DNA of 64,000 bases from Candidatus Corynebacterium intestinavium. GTDB lineage: Bacteria; Actinomycetota; Actinomycetes; Mycobacteriales; Mycobacteriaceae. The notes beneath the pieces were generated by a model that worked only from the letters and a program-made list of their open reading frames with translations, did not search any database and was not told where the DNA came from. The translations under genes were made by a program, and so were the position numbers. Positions 1-9,878 of the stretch are shown in pieces; the stretch's first letter is position 1; the number at the start of each line of letters is the position of its first letter. The stretch covers positions 1,667-65,666 of the forward strand of contig DWUR01000100.1 of assembly GCA_019120635.1 (NCBI GenBank). The letters run 5' to 3'.

Positions 1-99
1 GCCGCCTCGCCATTTCTGTCGAGGGTGGCGACTATGCTTTTTATGCAACCCGCCCGCTGGTCCCCCGGCGGGCTCGTCAACGGCAAAAGGAGAAAGCCT

Positions 100-1299
100 G
101 TGAGCACCTCGCCGACATCGGCGGCACCGGCCGACCAGGCGCCTGCACCGGGTACCGCGCCGCACGGCAGGAAGGCGAAGGCGACGCGCCCCAGCAAGCC
201 CCGCCGCGACCTGCGCGCGGTCTGGCTCGTCGGCCCGGCCATGCTGCTGCTGGCCCTGGTCATCGGCTACCCGCTCCTGCGGGCCATCTATCTTTCCTTC
301 CAGGCCAACCGTCACCTCGACCCGGACACCGGCATGTTCGTGGAGGGTGGCTTCGCAGGCTTCGAGCACTACCTCACGTGGATCGCCCAGCGCTGCATGA
401 GCCCGAACGGCACCGTGGTGGAGTGCACCTCCGGCATGCTGCCGACGGACTTCTACCCCGCGCTCGGCATCACCCTCTTCTTCGTAGTGGTCACCGTCAG
501 CCTGGAGACCCTGCTGGGCCTGTGGATGGCACTGGTGATGAACCGCAGCTTCCTCGGCCGCGGCCTGCTGCGCGCCGCCGTGCTCGTGCCGTGGGCGATC
601 CCCACCGCCGTGACCGCGAAGCTCTGGCAGTTCATCTTCGCCGACCAGGGCATCATCAACTCCCTGCTCGGCACCCAGATCCACTGGACCACCGACCCCT
701 GGGCCGCCCGCTTCGCGGTGATCATCGCGGATGTGTGGAAGACCGCCCCCTTCATGGCGCTGCTGATCCTCGCCGGCCTGCAGATGATCCCGCAGGGCGT
801 CTACGAGGCCGCCTGCGTGGACGGCGCCTCCAAGTGGCAGCAGTTCACCCAGATCACCCTGCCGCTGGTCCGCCCGGCGCTGATGGTAGCGGTGCTCTTC
901 CGCACCCTGGACGCGCTGCGCATGTACGACCTGCCGGTCATCATGATCTCCGAGTCCTCCAACTCCCCCACCGCCGTGATCAGCCAGCTGGTGATCACGG
1001 ATACCAAGCAGGGCAACTACAACTCCGCCTCCGCCCTGTCCACCCTCATCTTCCTGCTGATCTTCGGGGTGGCCTACGTGATGGTGAGGTTCCTGGGCGC
1101 CGATATCGGCGGGACCCAGGAGGCGGGCAGCAAGCCAAAGAGGTCCCTGCTGAGCAGGCTGCGCGGCGGACGCGTCGCCACGAAGAAGAAGGACGAGCAG
1201 GCTGAGACCGACCGCGGCGACGTCCCCGACAAGGGCAACGCAACGAGCGCGAAGAACGCGAACACCGTGGCTACCGCAGCGACGGGAGGACAGCGATGA
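100..1299 (+). CDS. Sugar ABC transporter permease (MalF/SugA/TusF-like, probably trehalose uptake)
   Basis: EAA loop (YEAACVDGASKWQQF), multiple TM segments; GTG at 100 follows an AAAGGAG RBS (the ORF track starts at 25); stop overlaps the next permease start (ATGA). Confidence 0.88.
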   Translation: MSTSPTSAAPADQAPAPGTAPHGRKAKATRPSKPRRDLRAVWLVGPAMLLLALVIGYPLLRAIYLSFQANRHLDPDTGMFVEGGFAGFEHYLTWIAQRCMSPNGTVVECTSGMLPTDFYPALGITLFFVVVTVSLETLLGLWMALVMNRSFLGRGLLRAAVLVPWAIPTAVTAKLWQFIFADQGIINSLLGTQIHWTTDPWAARFAVIIADVWKTAPFMALLILAGLQMIPQGVYEAACVDGASKWQQFTQITLPLVRPALMVAVLFRTLDALRMYDLPVIMISESSNSPTAVISQLVITDTKQGNYNSASALSTLIFLLIFGVAYVMVRFLGADIGGTQEAGSKPKRSLLSRLRGGRVATKKKDEQAETDRGDVPDKGNATSAKNANTVATAATGGQR

Positions 1300-2126
1300 A
1301 GAAGGCAACCCAGACTCTGCGTAACTACCTCGCCGTCATCGTGATTCTGGCGTGGGGGCTCGCGCCCTTCTACTGGATGGTGGTCACCGCCCTGCGTGAC
1401 AAGCGCTACACCTTCTCCACCAACCCGCTGCCCAGCCACCTGACGCTGGAGAACTTCCGCGACGCGCTGGCCACCGACGCGGGCAATAACTTCCTCCGGG
1501 CGATCGGCAACTCGCTGCTCATCGGTGCGGCGACCACCGCGATTGCGCTCACGGTGGGTGTGTTCACCGCCTACGCGCTGGCCCGCGTGGACTTCCGCGG
1601 CAAGGGGCTGGTCACGGGCATCATCCTGGCGGCCTCGATGTTCCCGGGTATTGCGCTGGTCACCCCGCTGTTCCAGCTCTTCTCGAGGATCGAGTGGATC
1701 GGTACCTACCAGGCGATGATCATCCCGAATATCTCCTTCGTGCTGCCGCTGACGGTGTACACGCTGACCAGTTTCTTCCGCGAGCTGCCGTGGAAGCTGG
1801 AGGAGGCCGCCCGCGTGGACGGCGCCTCCCGTGGCCTGGCTTTCCGCAAGGTCATTCTGCCGCTGGCCACGCCCGCTCTGTTTACGACGGCCATCCTGGC
1901 GTTCATCGCGACCTGGAACGAGTTCATGCTCGCCAAGCAGCTGTCCACCCCTGCGGTGGAGCCGGTGACGGTGGCGATCGCCCGCTTCTCCGGGGCCTCG
2001 GCCTACGAGTTCCCCTACGCGGCGACGATGGCTGCCGGCGCGCTGGTGACGGTGCCGCTGGTCGTGATGGTGCTGGTCTTCCAGCGACGCATCGTCTCCG
2101 GGCTCACCGCCGGTGGCGTGAAGTAG
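1296..2126 (+). CDS. Sugar ABC transporter permease (MalG/SugB/TusG-like)
   Basis: EAA motif LEEAARVDGAS; C-terminal FQRRIVSGLTAGGVK typical of MalG/SugB. Confidence 0.9.
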   Translation: MKKATQTLRNYLAVIVILAWGLAPFYWMVVTALRDKRYTFSTNPLPSHLTLENFRDALATDAGNNFLRAIGNSLLIGAATTAIALTVGVFTAYALARVDFRGKGLVTGIILAASMFPGIALVTPLFQLFSRIEWIGTYQAMIIPNISFVLPLTVYTLTSFFRELPWKLEEAARVDGASRGLAFRKVILPLATPALFTTAILAFIATWNEFMLAKQLSTPAVEPVTVAIARFSGASAYEFPYAATMAAGALVTVPLVVMVLVFQRRIVSGLTAGGVK

Positions 2127-2132
2127 GGGTGG

Positions 2133-2429
2133 TTGATCGTGTCGAAGCCTGAGCACGTGGCGCGGGACGTGCGCGAGGACCGGCCAGTCGGCGGAGCTGC
2201 CAGGAGTGGCGCTCCAACCGGCGAGGTGAACCCGGACGGCCAACGCAAGAAGCTGGTCTGGGAGTCCGCCCTAGGCTTCGTGGGCTTCTTCACCCTGCTG
2301 GCCGGGGTGCAGGCGGTGTGGAATGTCTTCCAGCCCGAGCCCTCACCCTGGCCCGGCGTGTTCTTCGCGGTCCTGTTGCTGTTGAGCTGGCTCGTGTGGC
2401 GTGGTTACCGCCGCTACCGGGAGTACTAG
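2133..2429 (+). CDS. Small hypothetical membrane protein (2 TM)
   Basis: Two hydrophobic segments and a basic C-terminus; start uncertain (TTG); followed by a terminator. Confidence 0.6.
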   Translation: MIVSKPEHVARDVREDRPVGGAARSGAPTGEVNPDGQRKKLVWESALGFVGFFTLLAGVQAVWNVFQPEPSPWPGVFFAVLLLLSWLVWRGYRRYREY

Positions 2430-2477
2430 AGCCGAGCTCACGCAGGACAACGGTCGCCCCTGGCGGTGATGGAAAAC

Positions 2478-2503
2478 AAAAAGCGCCCTGAGGGGCGCTT
2501 TTT
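2478..2503. terminator. Bidirectional intrinsic terminator
   Basis: AAAAAGCGCCC-TGAG-GGGCGCTTTTT between convergent genes. Confidence 0.85.
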
Positions 2504-2567
2504 CTTTGGATTTGCCGGGAGGAGCGGCTCGGCAGCCGCATTGCCCGGCAGCTGCGGCGGTTGTTAA

Positions 2568-3095
2568 CTACTCGCCGAGGAGCTTGCGCTTGAGAGCGGC
2601 GTCCTTCTCCATGACGCTATCGCGCATATCCTCCTGGTACTTCACCATGCGCGCCATGAGCTCCGGGTCAGCCACCGCGAGCATGCGGACGGCCAGCAGG
2701 CCGGCATTCTTCGCACCATCGATGGAGACGGTGGCGGTCGGGACGCCCGCCGGCATCTGCACGATGGAGAGCAAGGAGTCCAGGCCGTCGAGGTTCTTCA
2801 GGGCACGTGGGATGCCGATGACCGGCAGCGGCGTGGCTGCGGAGACCATGCCCGGCAGGTGCGCAGCACCACCAGCGCAGGCGATGATGACCTTCACGCC
2901 GTTCTTGTGCGCCTCGCGCGCGTAGTCCAGCATGCGCTCCGGGGTGCGGTGCGCGGAGACCACACCGATTTCCATCGGGATGCCGAACTCCGCCAGCACC
3001 TCGGCGGCGGGCTCGACGGTCGGCCAGTCGGAATCGGAGCCCATGATCAGGCCGACCTGTGGGCCGGTGGGGACAGAGTTCTTGTTATCAGTCAT
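2568..3095 (-). CDS. purE: N5-carboxyaminoimidazole ribonucleotide mutase
   Basis: [25 protein letters not shown] and PVIGIP motifs; start re-set to ATG 3095. Confidence 0.97.
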   Translation of the reverse strand: MTDNKNSVPTGPQVGLIMGSDSDWPTVEPAAEVLAEFGIPMEIGVVSAHRTPERMLDYAREAHKNGVKVIIACAGGAAHLPGMVSAATPLPVIGIPRALKNLDGLDSLLSIVQMPAGVPTATVSIDGAKNAGLLAVRMLAVADPELMARMVKYQEDMRDSVMEKDAALKRKLLGE

Positions 3096-3124
3096 GTTGT
3101 GCGCCTCCTGGGGCTGATCGTTTT

Positions 3125-4447
3125 CTAGGCCTCGGTCCAGCCGTCGGACCACTCGGCAGCGACGAGGAAGTCCGCAGCCAGGCGGGCGTCGCGGCGCAGC
3201 TGCGCCACCGCTTCGTCGGTCGCGGGCTGGTCGGCGGGCAGGGAGAGGTTCACGTGCCCGATCTTGCGGCGCGGGCGCCAATCCTTGCCGTACATGTGGA
3301 TCTTCGCCGCCGGAAAGCGGCGCCACACCTGGCCCATCCGCTCGTGCATCGGCATGGCCGGGTCGGCATCGTCGTGCCCCAGCACATTGGCCATGACCGT
3401 GGCCGGCGCGGTGAGATCCGTGCTGCCCAGCGGGCGGTCCAACACCGCGCGCAGGTGCTGCTCGAACTGGCTGGTCACGGAACCGTTCTGGGTCCAGTGG
3501 CCGGTGTTGTGCGGGCGCATGGCCAGCTCGTTGACGCTGATCGCCAGCTCACCGTCCGCGTCGCGGAACTCGAAGAGCTCGACGGCGAGCACGCCGGTGA
3601 CGTCCAGCTCGGTGGCGATGGTGCGGGACAGTTCGCGAGCATGATTGAGAACCTCGCCGTCGTGACCCGGTGCGGGGGCGACGGCCTCCACGCAGATGCC
3701 GCGCTCCTGCACGGACTCGGTGATCGGCCAGGCCTTCGCCTCCCCCGACGGGGTGCGGGCGACCAAGGCGGAGAGCTCGCGAACAAGCTCAACCTTCTCC
3801 TCGGCCATCAGCGGCACGCCCCTGTCCAGCAGCTCGGCGACCAGCTCTTTGAGCTCGGCCTCGGAGCCCGGGAACCACACGCCCTTGCCGTCATAACCGC
3901 CGCGGCGAGCCTTGAGGCAGACCTTGCCGCCGGTGGTAACCCAGAAGGCGGCGGCGTCCTCAGCCTTCTCGATGGCCATGAAGGCCGGGACCGGGGCACC
4001 GAGCTCGGAGAGGCGCTGGCGCTGGATCAGCTTGTCCTGCGCATTGATCAGGGCCTTCGGCTGCGGCTGGACGTTGATGCCGGCGGCGATGAGCTCATCG
4101 AGGAACTCGTTCGGCACGTGCTCGTGGTCGAAGGTCACGGCGTCGGCGTCCTTGGAAACCTCCGCGACGTGCGCTTTATTGGTGTAGTCCCCCAGCACGA
4201 CGTCCGCGGTGACCTGCGCGGCGGAGGCATCGGCGGAGCCGGCGAGCACGCGGGCAGAAAGGCCCAGTTCCACGGCCTCCTGCTGCATCATGCGGGCCAG
4301 CTGGCCATCCCCAATGATGGTGACCAACGGGGCGCCCGGCGCGTGGGCGGCCGCCCGGGCGATGGACCAGTCGGCGGCGCGGGTCATGCCGGAATCGGCG
4401 GTGGAGTCGGAAGCGGATGGTGCAGAAGAATGAGCTGAATCTTTCAC
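3125..4447 (-). CDS. purK: N5-carboxyaminoimidazole ribonucleotide synthase
   Basis: [43 protein letters not shown]; start uncertain (GTG 4447 or ATG 4387). Confidence 0.95.
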   Translation of the reverse strand: MKDSAHSSAPSASDSTADSGMTRAADWSIARAAAHAPGAPLVTIIGDGQLARMMQQEAVELGLSARVLAGSADASAAQVTADVVLGDYTNKAHVAEVSKDADAVTFDHEHVPNEFLDELIAAGINVQPQPKALINAQDKLIQRQRLSELGAPVPAFMAIEKAEDAAAFWVTTGGKVCLKARRGGYDGKGVWFPGSEAELKELVAELLDRGVPLMAEEKVELVRELSALVARTPSGEAKAWPITESVQERGICVEAVAPAPGHDGEVLNHARELSRTIATELDVTGVLAVELFEFRDADGELAISVNELAMRPHNTGHWTQNGSVTSQFEQHLRAVLDRPLGSTDLTAPATVMANVLGHDDADPAMPMHERMGQVWRRFPAAKIHMYGKDWRPRRKIGHVNLSLPADQPATDEAVAQLRRDARLAADFLVAAEWSDGWTEA

Positions 4448-4455
4448 ACGGCCAA

Positions 4456-4998
4456 TCATAGTGCCCGCGTGTAACTGCGGATCAGGCGGACGAAGCGTTT
4501 GGCGTAGGGCACGTCCCGCAGCACGATCGGATTGCGGGTTCCCATCACGAACACGGAGACAGTAGAGCCCTTCGCCCGGGCATCCACGATGTACTCCAGC
4601 GGAACCTGTGCCGTCTGGCTACGCCAGTGCCCGGTGGCGGTGATGAGGCGCTCGTTGGTGAGCATCATCCGGCTGCGGGCGCGGAAGATCATCTGGCGCC
4701 CGCAACGCCGCCAGGCCAGGAATAGCCACAGCACCACCAGGGCGCGCCGACCCCACTGGGCGGTGAGATACAGCGGATCGTTGACGTGCAGCGCCAGCTG
4801 GCTGGGCACGGGCAGGCTATAGCCGAGCAGGCGGAGGGCCTCCGCGTCGAGGAAGTGGTCGATCAGCCCGATCAGCGCCCAGGTCACCCCGGTGATCAGC
4901 AGCAGCTCCAGCACGGGGAAGAGCAGGGAGCGGCGATTGGGGCACAGCTCGGCGAGGATCCGCTCGCCTGGCTCGAAGGTAATTTTCCCGAAGTCCAT
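4456..4998 (-). CDS. Membrane protein with bacterial PH-like (YdbS/YdbT-type) domain
   Basis: Two TM segments then MMLTNERLI...VPLEYI...LRDVP; start overlaps the birA stop. Confidence 0.65.
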   Translation of the reverse strand: MDFGKITFEPGERILAELCPNRRSLLFPVLELLLITGVTWALIGLIDHFLDAEALRLLGYSLPVPSQLALHVNDPLYLTAQWGRRALVVLWLFLAWRRCGRQMIFRARSRMMLTNERLITATGHWRSQTAQVPLEYIVDARAKGSTVSVFVMGTRNPIVLRDVPYAKRFVRLIRSYTRAL

Positions 4999-5879
4999 CA
5001 GCTCTCCCCTTCCGCGGGGCGCAGGTGGGTGACGTCACCGGCGGCGACGACCAGCTCACCGCCACCGTCGACGTCCACGACCAGCGCACCGGTGCCCGCC
5101 ACGTCGCGGGCGACCCCGTGGGTGGTCGTGCCGTCCGGAAGGTGGACCACAACCTTCGTGCCCAGGGTGAGGACGACCTGCCGGTAGCGCGGCAGTACGC
5201 TCTGTGGCGCCCCGCCCAGCTGGATGAAGCGGCGCAGCCCACCCACCAGCTCGTCGATCAGCGCGATGGCCAGGCGGGTGCGCACGCCGGGGCCATCTTC
5301 GGTCGACTCCTGGTCGCCCGGCATGCCCTCCAGAACCAGGGAGGTCGCGTGCGGCACCGGCAGCTCCGAACGCTGAAGATCCACGTTCAAACCCAGGCCG
5401 ATCACCACGATCGGTTCGGGTCCAAGCTGCACGGCCTCCACGAGGATCCCAGCGAGCTTCCGGCCGTCCACCATCACGTCATTGGGCCACTTCAGCTCCG
5501 CCGGGACCTCCGCACCGGCTGCCCGGCTCACCGCGCGCACCGCGTCCACCGCCGCGACACCGGTCAGCAGCGGTAGCAAACCCAGCCGGGTCGCCACGTC
5601 CACCCCGGGCAGCCGAACGGCCACAGAGACGATCAGCTGGCTGCTGCGCGGCGCGCCCCACGCCCGGTCCAGCCTCCCCCGGCCCTGGGTCTGTTCCTCG
5701 GCGAAGAGCACGGAGAACTCCGGCACCTCCTCGCCTGCCGCCAGTGCCGCCCGTACCTGCTCAGCGAGCTCGCTATTGGTGCTCGTCGTCTGATCGAGCA
5801 CCTCCACGGCCCCACAGCCGAGGGCGGGCAGCACCTCGCGCAAGGTGGCGGCGTCGAGAAGAACACGGGAAGTTTGCAT
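4998..5879 (-). CDS. birA: Biotin--[acetyl-CoA-carboxylase] ligase (class I, no HTH)
   Basis: TTSTN, AEEQTQGRGRLDRAW, LKWPNDV and KLAGIL motifs; ATG 5879 lies 7 nt after a TAACAT -10. Confidence 0.95.
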   Translation of the reverse strand: MQTSRVLLDAATLREVLPALGCGAVEVLDQTTSTNSELAEQVRAALAAGEEVPEFSVLFAEEQTQGRGRLDRAWGAPRSSQLIVSVAVRLPGVDVATRLGLLPLLTGVAAVDAVRAVSRAAGAEVPAELKWPNDVMVDGRKLAGILVEAVQLGPEPIVVIGLGLNVDLQRSELPVPHATSLVLEGMPGDQESTEDGPGVRTRLAIALIDELVGGLRRFIQLGGAPQSVLPRYRQVVLTLGTKVVVHLPDGTTTHGVARDVAGTGALVVDVDGGGELVVAAGDVTHLRPAEGES

Positions 5880-5981
5880 GCCCTTGATGTTAGAACACGG
5901 CGCGGACACGCCCCGCCGCCCGCAGCTGCCCAGCCCGTGTGGCGTAGGGACTGCCCCGCCACATGATCTAGACTGTGTGCC

Positions 5982-7478
5982 ATGAATCCTCAGAATGACA
6001 CGTCCACCACGGCCGGAAAGATCGCGGACCTCCGGGACCGCCTGGCACAATCCCGCCAACCCGCCGGGGAGGACGCAGTGCGCGCCGTGCACAACGCCGG
6101 TCGCCTCACTGCCCGCGAACGGGTGGAAGCACTGCTGGATGATGGCAGCTTCGTGGAGATCGACGCCCTGGCGCGCCACCGCTCCAAGGCCTTCGACCTG
6201 GAAAAGGAGCGCCCGCTGACCGATGGCGTGGTCACCGGCCACGGCACCATCGACGGCCGCCCGGTCTGCGTCTTCTCGCAGGACGCGACCCTGTTCGATG
6301 GCAAGATCGGCGAGACCACCGGCGCGAAGATCATCAAGGTACTGGAGCTGGCTCTGAAGTCCGGCACCCCGGTGATCGGTTTCTACGACGGCGCCGGTGC
6401 CCGCCTCAAGGAAGGCATCATCGCCCTGGACATGTACTCCCGCATCCTGCGCCTACAGACCCAGGCCTCCGGCGTGATCCCGCAGATCGCGGTCGTGGCC
6501 GGCGAGTGCCGTGGCATTCAGGTGCACGGGATCGCGATGTCCGACGTCGTCATCTCCGTCGACGGGCAGGGTTCCCTGTCTATGGACGCCAACCCTGGCG
6601 GGGTGGCCGAGGCCCAGGAAACCGGCACCGCCCACATCGTGGTTCCCGACGAGTCCGCTGCACAGGACACGGTTGCCGACGTGTTGAGCTACCTGCCCTC
6701 CAATAACCGGGCGATCGCCCCGGCCACGGAGCCCGTGAACACCGAGCTGGCAAACCGCCGCGCCGAGGTGGGCTCCGATGACACCGCGCTGAGCAACGAA
6801 ATCGACCACCTCATCCCGGACTCCGCGTCCGAAACCTACGACGTACGCGATGTGCTGGCCGCAGTGCTGGACGAGGACAGCCTGCTGGAGCTGGGCCTGA
6901 GCTTCGCGCCGAACATCATCACCGGCTTCGCCCGCCTTGAGGGGCGAGCAATCGGCGTGATCGCCAACCAGCCGACGGTTAAGGCCGGTGGCATCGACAT
7001 CGACTCCGCGGAGAAGGTCAGCTACTTCATCCAGCTCTGCGACGCCTTCAACGTGCCTCTGGTCTCCTTCGTCGATGCCCCGGGCTTCCTCCCGGAGGAG
7101 CCGGACGCGCCAGTCATCCGCCGCACCGCGAAGCTTTTCCACACCACGGCTGCAGCGTCGGTCGGCAAGATCACGGTGATCACCCGCAAGGCCACCGGCT
7201 CCGCCTACCTGGCCCTGGCTGCGAAGCGGATGGGCACGGACCTGGTCTTCGCGTGGCCGACCGCGGAGGTCGCGGTGGCGGACGCGGATACCTTCGCCGC
7301 CGAGATCGGCGTGGAAGAGGCGACCCCCCAGGATCCCTACGAGGCCGCCGCGAGCGGGCTGGTGGATGCGGTGCTGCCGCCGAGCGAGACCCGCCAGAAG
7401 CTGGTGGAAGGCCTCGGCCTGCTGGAGCGCAAGGTTGAGGACGGCTACTCGCGCAAGCACAGCATCGTCACGTTCTAG
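5982..7478 (+). CDS. accD: Acyl-CoA carboxylase carboxyltransferase (beta) subunit, DtsR/AccD5 family, divergent active-site loops
   Basis: TTAGKIADL, GRLTARER, DGVVTGHGTIDGRPV, QASGVIPQI, LPSNN, GVIANQP, CDAFNVP, WPTAEVAV and RKH motifs; canonical position next to birA and accE. Confidence 0.9.
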   Translation: MNPQNDTSTTAGKIADLRDRLAQSRQPAGEDAVRAVHNAGRLTARERVEALLDDGSFVEIDALARHRSKAFDLEKERPLTDGVVTGHGTIDGRPVCVFSQDATLFDGKIGETTGAKIIKVLELALKSGTPVIGFYDGAGARLKEGIIALDMYSRILRLQTQASGVIPQIAVVAGECRGIQVHGIAMSDVVISVDGQGSLSMDANPGGVAEAQETGTAHIVVPDESAAQDTVADVLSYLPSNNRAIAPATEPVNTELANRRAEVGSDDTALSNEIDHLIPDSASETYDVRDVLAAVLDEDSLLELGLSFAPNIITGFARLEGRAIGVIANQPTVKAGGIDIDSAEKVSYFIQLCDAFNVPLVSFVDAPGFLPEEPDAPVIRRTAKLFHTTAAASVGKITVITRKATGSAYLALAAKRMGTDLVFAWPTAEVAVADADTFAAEIGVEEATPQDPYEAAASGLVDAVLPPSETRQKLVEGLGLLERKVEDGYSRKHSIVTF

Positions 7479-7525
7479 CGCCCCGCTGCGCCCCCAGCCC
7501 CGCCGAGCCCCCGTTTGGAGCACCC

Positions 7526-7858
7526 ATGAGCAGAAAGTTTTCCCGCGCCCGCCGCAGTACACAGCCAACAGAGCTCACCAGCGCACGGTTGACGCACCGC
7601 ACCGGCGCGGCGTCGGCTGAGCAGGAAGCGGCTCAGGCGGAGCCACAGACCGCCGTCGAGGTGGTGAAGGGCAATCCCACGCCCGTCCAGCGCCAGGCCC
7701 TCGAACAGCTGGTGGGTGAGCTCACCGAGCAGGCTGAGGAGCGCCGCCGCGCCAAGCCGAACACCCGCGGCTGGTACGGCGTCACCGACGAGCCCTTTGC
7801 CAACGCCCCGGAGCCGAACCCGTCGGGCTTCCGCAACCCGAATTTGCCGCAGGCCTAG
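7526..7858 (+). CDS. accE: Acyl-CoA carboxylase epsilon subunit
   Basis: VEVVKGNPT motif, small size, located between accD and maf. Confidence 0.75.
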   Translation: MSRKFSRARRSTQPTELTSARLTHRTGAASAEQEAAQAEPQTAVEVVKGNPTPVQRQALEQLVGELTEQAEERRRAKPNTRGWYGVTDEPFANAPEPNPSGFRNPNLPQA

Positions 7859-7917
7859 CTGCCGCACCGCGCGCCCGCACGCTGATTTTTCATCCCGTCC
7901 CATTCAAGGAGCGAGAC

Positions 7918-8568
7918 ATGCCTGAATGCCAGGCCACCCCACGCATCGTGCTGGCGTCCTCCTCCCCCTCCCGGCTCTCCATCCTGCGCAGCGCCGGGGT
8001 GGAGCCGGTCGTCCAGGTCTCCGGCGTGGACGAGGACGCCGCGATGCAGCGTTTGATCGATGAGGCCACGAGCCAGGGGCGCGCCCCCACCCCCGCCGAG
8101 AAGGTCTGCCACCTAGCCAAGGCGAAGGCGAACGCGGTCCTGGAGGATGGGCTCCGGCTGGGCGAAGGCGACGTCCTGATTGGTGGGGACAGCATGCTGC
8201 TGCTCGACGGGGAGCTGCAGGGAAAGCCGCACACCGCGGAGGAAACCGTGCGCCGCTGGCAGCAGCAACGGGGCAAGCGGGCGGAGCTGATCACCGGGCA
8301 CGCGATCTATCACGGCGGGGAATGGTTCGAGGGGTCCTCGGCCACCAGTGTGTTCTTCGCGGATGCCAGCGATAAGGACATCGAGGCCTACGCCGCCTCC
8401 GGCGAGCCCTGGGGCTGCGCGGGCGCGTTCACGCTGGAGGCCCTCGGCGGCTGGTTCATCGACCGCATCGAGGGCGATCCCTCCAGCGTCATTGGGCTTT
8501 CCCTGCCGCTGGTGCGCCGGGCGCTGGAGCACTTCGGCCTCAGCGTCTCGGACTTCTGGAACCGCTAG
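7918..8568 (+). CDS. maf: Maf-family nucleoside triphosphate pyrophosphatase
   Basis: IVLASSSPSRLSIL, SGVDE, LQGKP, AGAFTLE, SSVIGLSL. Confidence 0.93.
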   Translation: MPECQATPRIVLASSSPSRLSILRSAGVEPVVQVSGVDEDAAMQRLIDEATSQGRAPTPAEKVCHLAKAKANAVLEDGLRLGEGDVLIGGDSMLLLDGELQGKPHTAEETVRRWQQQRGKRAELITGHAIYHGGEWFEGSSATSVFFADASDKDIEAYAASGEPWGCAGAFTLEALGGWFIDRIEGDPSSVIGLSLPLVRRALEHFGLSVSDFWNR

Positions 8569-8619
8569 CGGCGACCAGGGTGGCCGATACGGTCACCTCC
8601 CCCGGCGCGCCGCGGGTGC

Positions 8620-8680
8620 CAGCTTCGCTGACTAGTCGGGCTATCAGCCTCGCTGTGTTCTCTGGCTATCAGCTTCGCTG
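8620..8680. repeat. Three copies of CAGC(T/C)TCGCTG at a 25-bp period, one containing the prpC stop
   Basis: Copies at 8620, 8645 and 8670; copies 2 and 3 extend to GGCTATCAGC(C/T)TCGCTG. Confidence 0.8.
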
Positions 8681-9856
8681 GGCGATCGGCACGACCTTCC
8701 GCTGCTCGGGTCCGTTGTAGGCCGACAGCGGGCGGATCAGCGAGTTGTTCTCGTACTGCTCCACGATGTGCGCCGTCCACCCCGCCACGCGGGCGATGAC
8801 GAATAGTGGCGTGAAGAAGTCCACCGGGAAGCCCAGCAGGTAATAGGCAGGGCCAGCCGGGAAGTCGAGGTTCGGTTTGATCCCGGTGCGCTTGTCCATC
8901 GCCGCGGCGAGGTTTTCGTACATCGCCACCCACTTGGCCCCGTCGTGGCGCTCGGCCAGCGCGCGGAAGGACTGCTCCATGCTCGGCACGCGGCTATCAC
9001 CGTTCTTGTAGACGCGGTGGCCGAAGCCCATAATGAGCTCCTTGTTATCGAGCGTTGTGTTCACCCACTCCTCCGCCTTCGCCGGGTCGTCGACCTCCAG
9101 CATGGTGTGCATGACGAACTCGTTGGCACCACCGTGCAGTGGCCCCTTCAGTGCGCCGATCGCACCGGTGATCGCGGAGTACACATCCGAGCGGGTCGAG
9201 GTGATCACGCGGCTGGTGAAGGTGGAGGCGTTGAAGGAGTGCTCGGCGTAGAGGATGAGGGATTTCTCGAAGTCCCGCACGTCCTCCGGGTTGCTCGCCG
9301 GCGAGTCAGGCCCATTGCCGAAGACCATGGCCAGCAGGTTTTCCGCCACCCCCTTCTCCGGGTCCGGGGCGACGATGTCCTCGCCCTTTCGGCGGCGAAT
9401 GTCCATCGCCATGGCCATCGGCAGCTGGGCCAGCAGGTTGTGGCCGACGTGCGTGATGTGCTCCCGGTTTGGGGTGAAGTGCTCCGGATCCTTGGTTCCC
9501 ATGTAGCTCACCGCGGTGCGCATGACGTCCATGGGATGGCAGTCGGTGGGCAGGGAGTGGATCAGCGAGATCAGCCCGGCATCGAGCTTGCGGTAGGAGC
9601 GGCCTGCTTTGTTGAACTCGGTGAGCTGGGCTTCGGTGGGCAGTTCGCCGTTCCACAGGAGGTAGAACACCTCCTCGAAGCTGCAGTTTTCGACAAGGTC
9701 CTGGACGGCGTAGCCGCGGTAGGTCAGCGAGTTCGTCTCCGGCATGACCTTCGAGACGCTGGTGTAATCGGCGACCACACCGTAGAGCCCCTTGCGGACC
9801 TCCGGCTGCTCGACTGCGGCGTTCTCGGCGTTGGCGTTCTGAGTGTTCGTGCTCAT
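8669..9856 (-). CDS. prpC: 2-methylcitrate synthase
   Basis: KGLYGVVADYT, YAEHSFNASTF, GPLHGGANE, MGFGHRVYKNGDSR, PNLDFP; downstream of prpD. Confidence 0.93.
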   Translation of the reverse strand: MSTNTQNANAENAAVEQPEVRKGLYGVVADYTSVSKVMPETNSLTYRGYAVQDLVENCSFEEVFYLLWNGELPTEAQLTEFNKAGRSYRKLDAGLISLIHSLPTDCHPMDVMRTAVSYMGTKDPEHFTPNREHITHVGHNLLAQLPMAMAMDIRRRKGEDIVAPDPEKGVAENLLAMVFGNGPDSPASNPEDVRDFEKSLILYAEHSFNASTFTSRVITSTRSDVYSAITGAIGALKGPLHGGANEFVMHTMLEVDDPAKAEEWVNTTLDNKELIMGFGHRVYKNGDSRVPSMEQSFRALAERHDGAKWVAMYENLAAAMDKRTGIKPNLDFPAGPAYYLLGFPVDFFTPLFVIARVAGWTAHIVEQYENNSLIRPLSAYNGPEQRKVVPIAQRS

Positions 9857-9878
9857 GATGGAAGCTCCTTTGCTCCTC

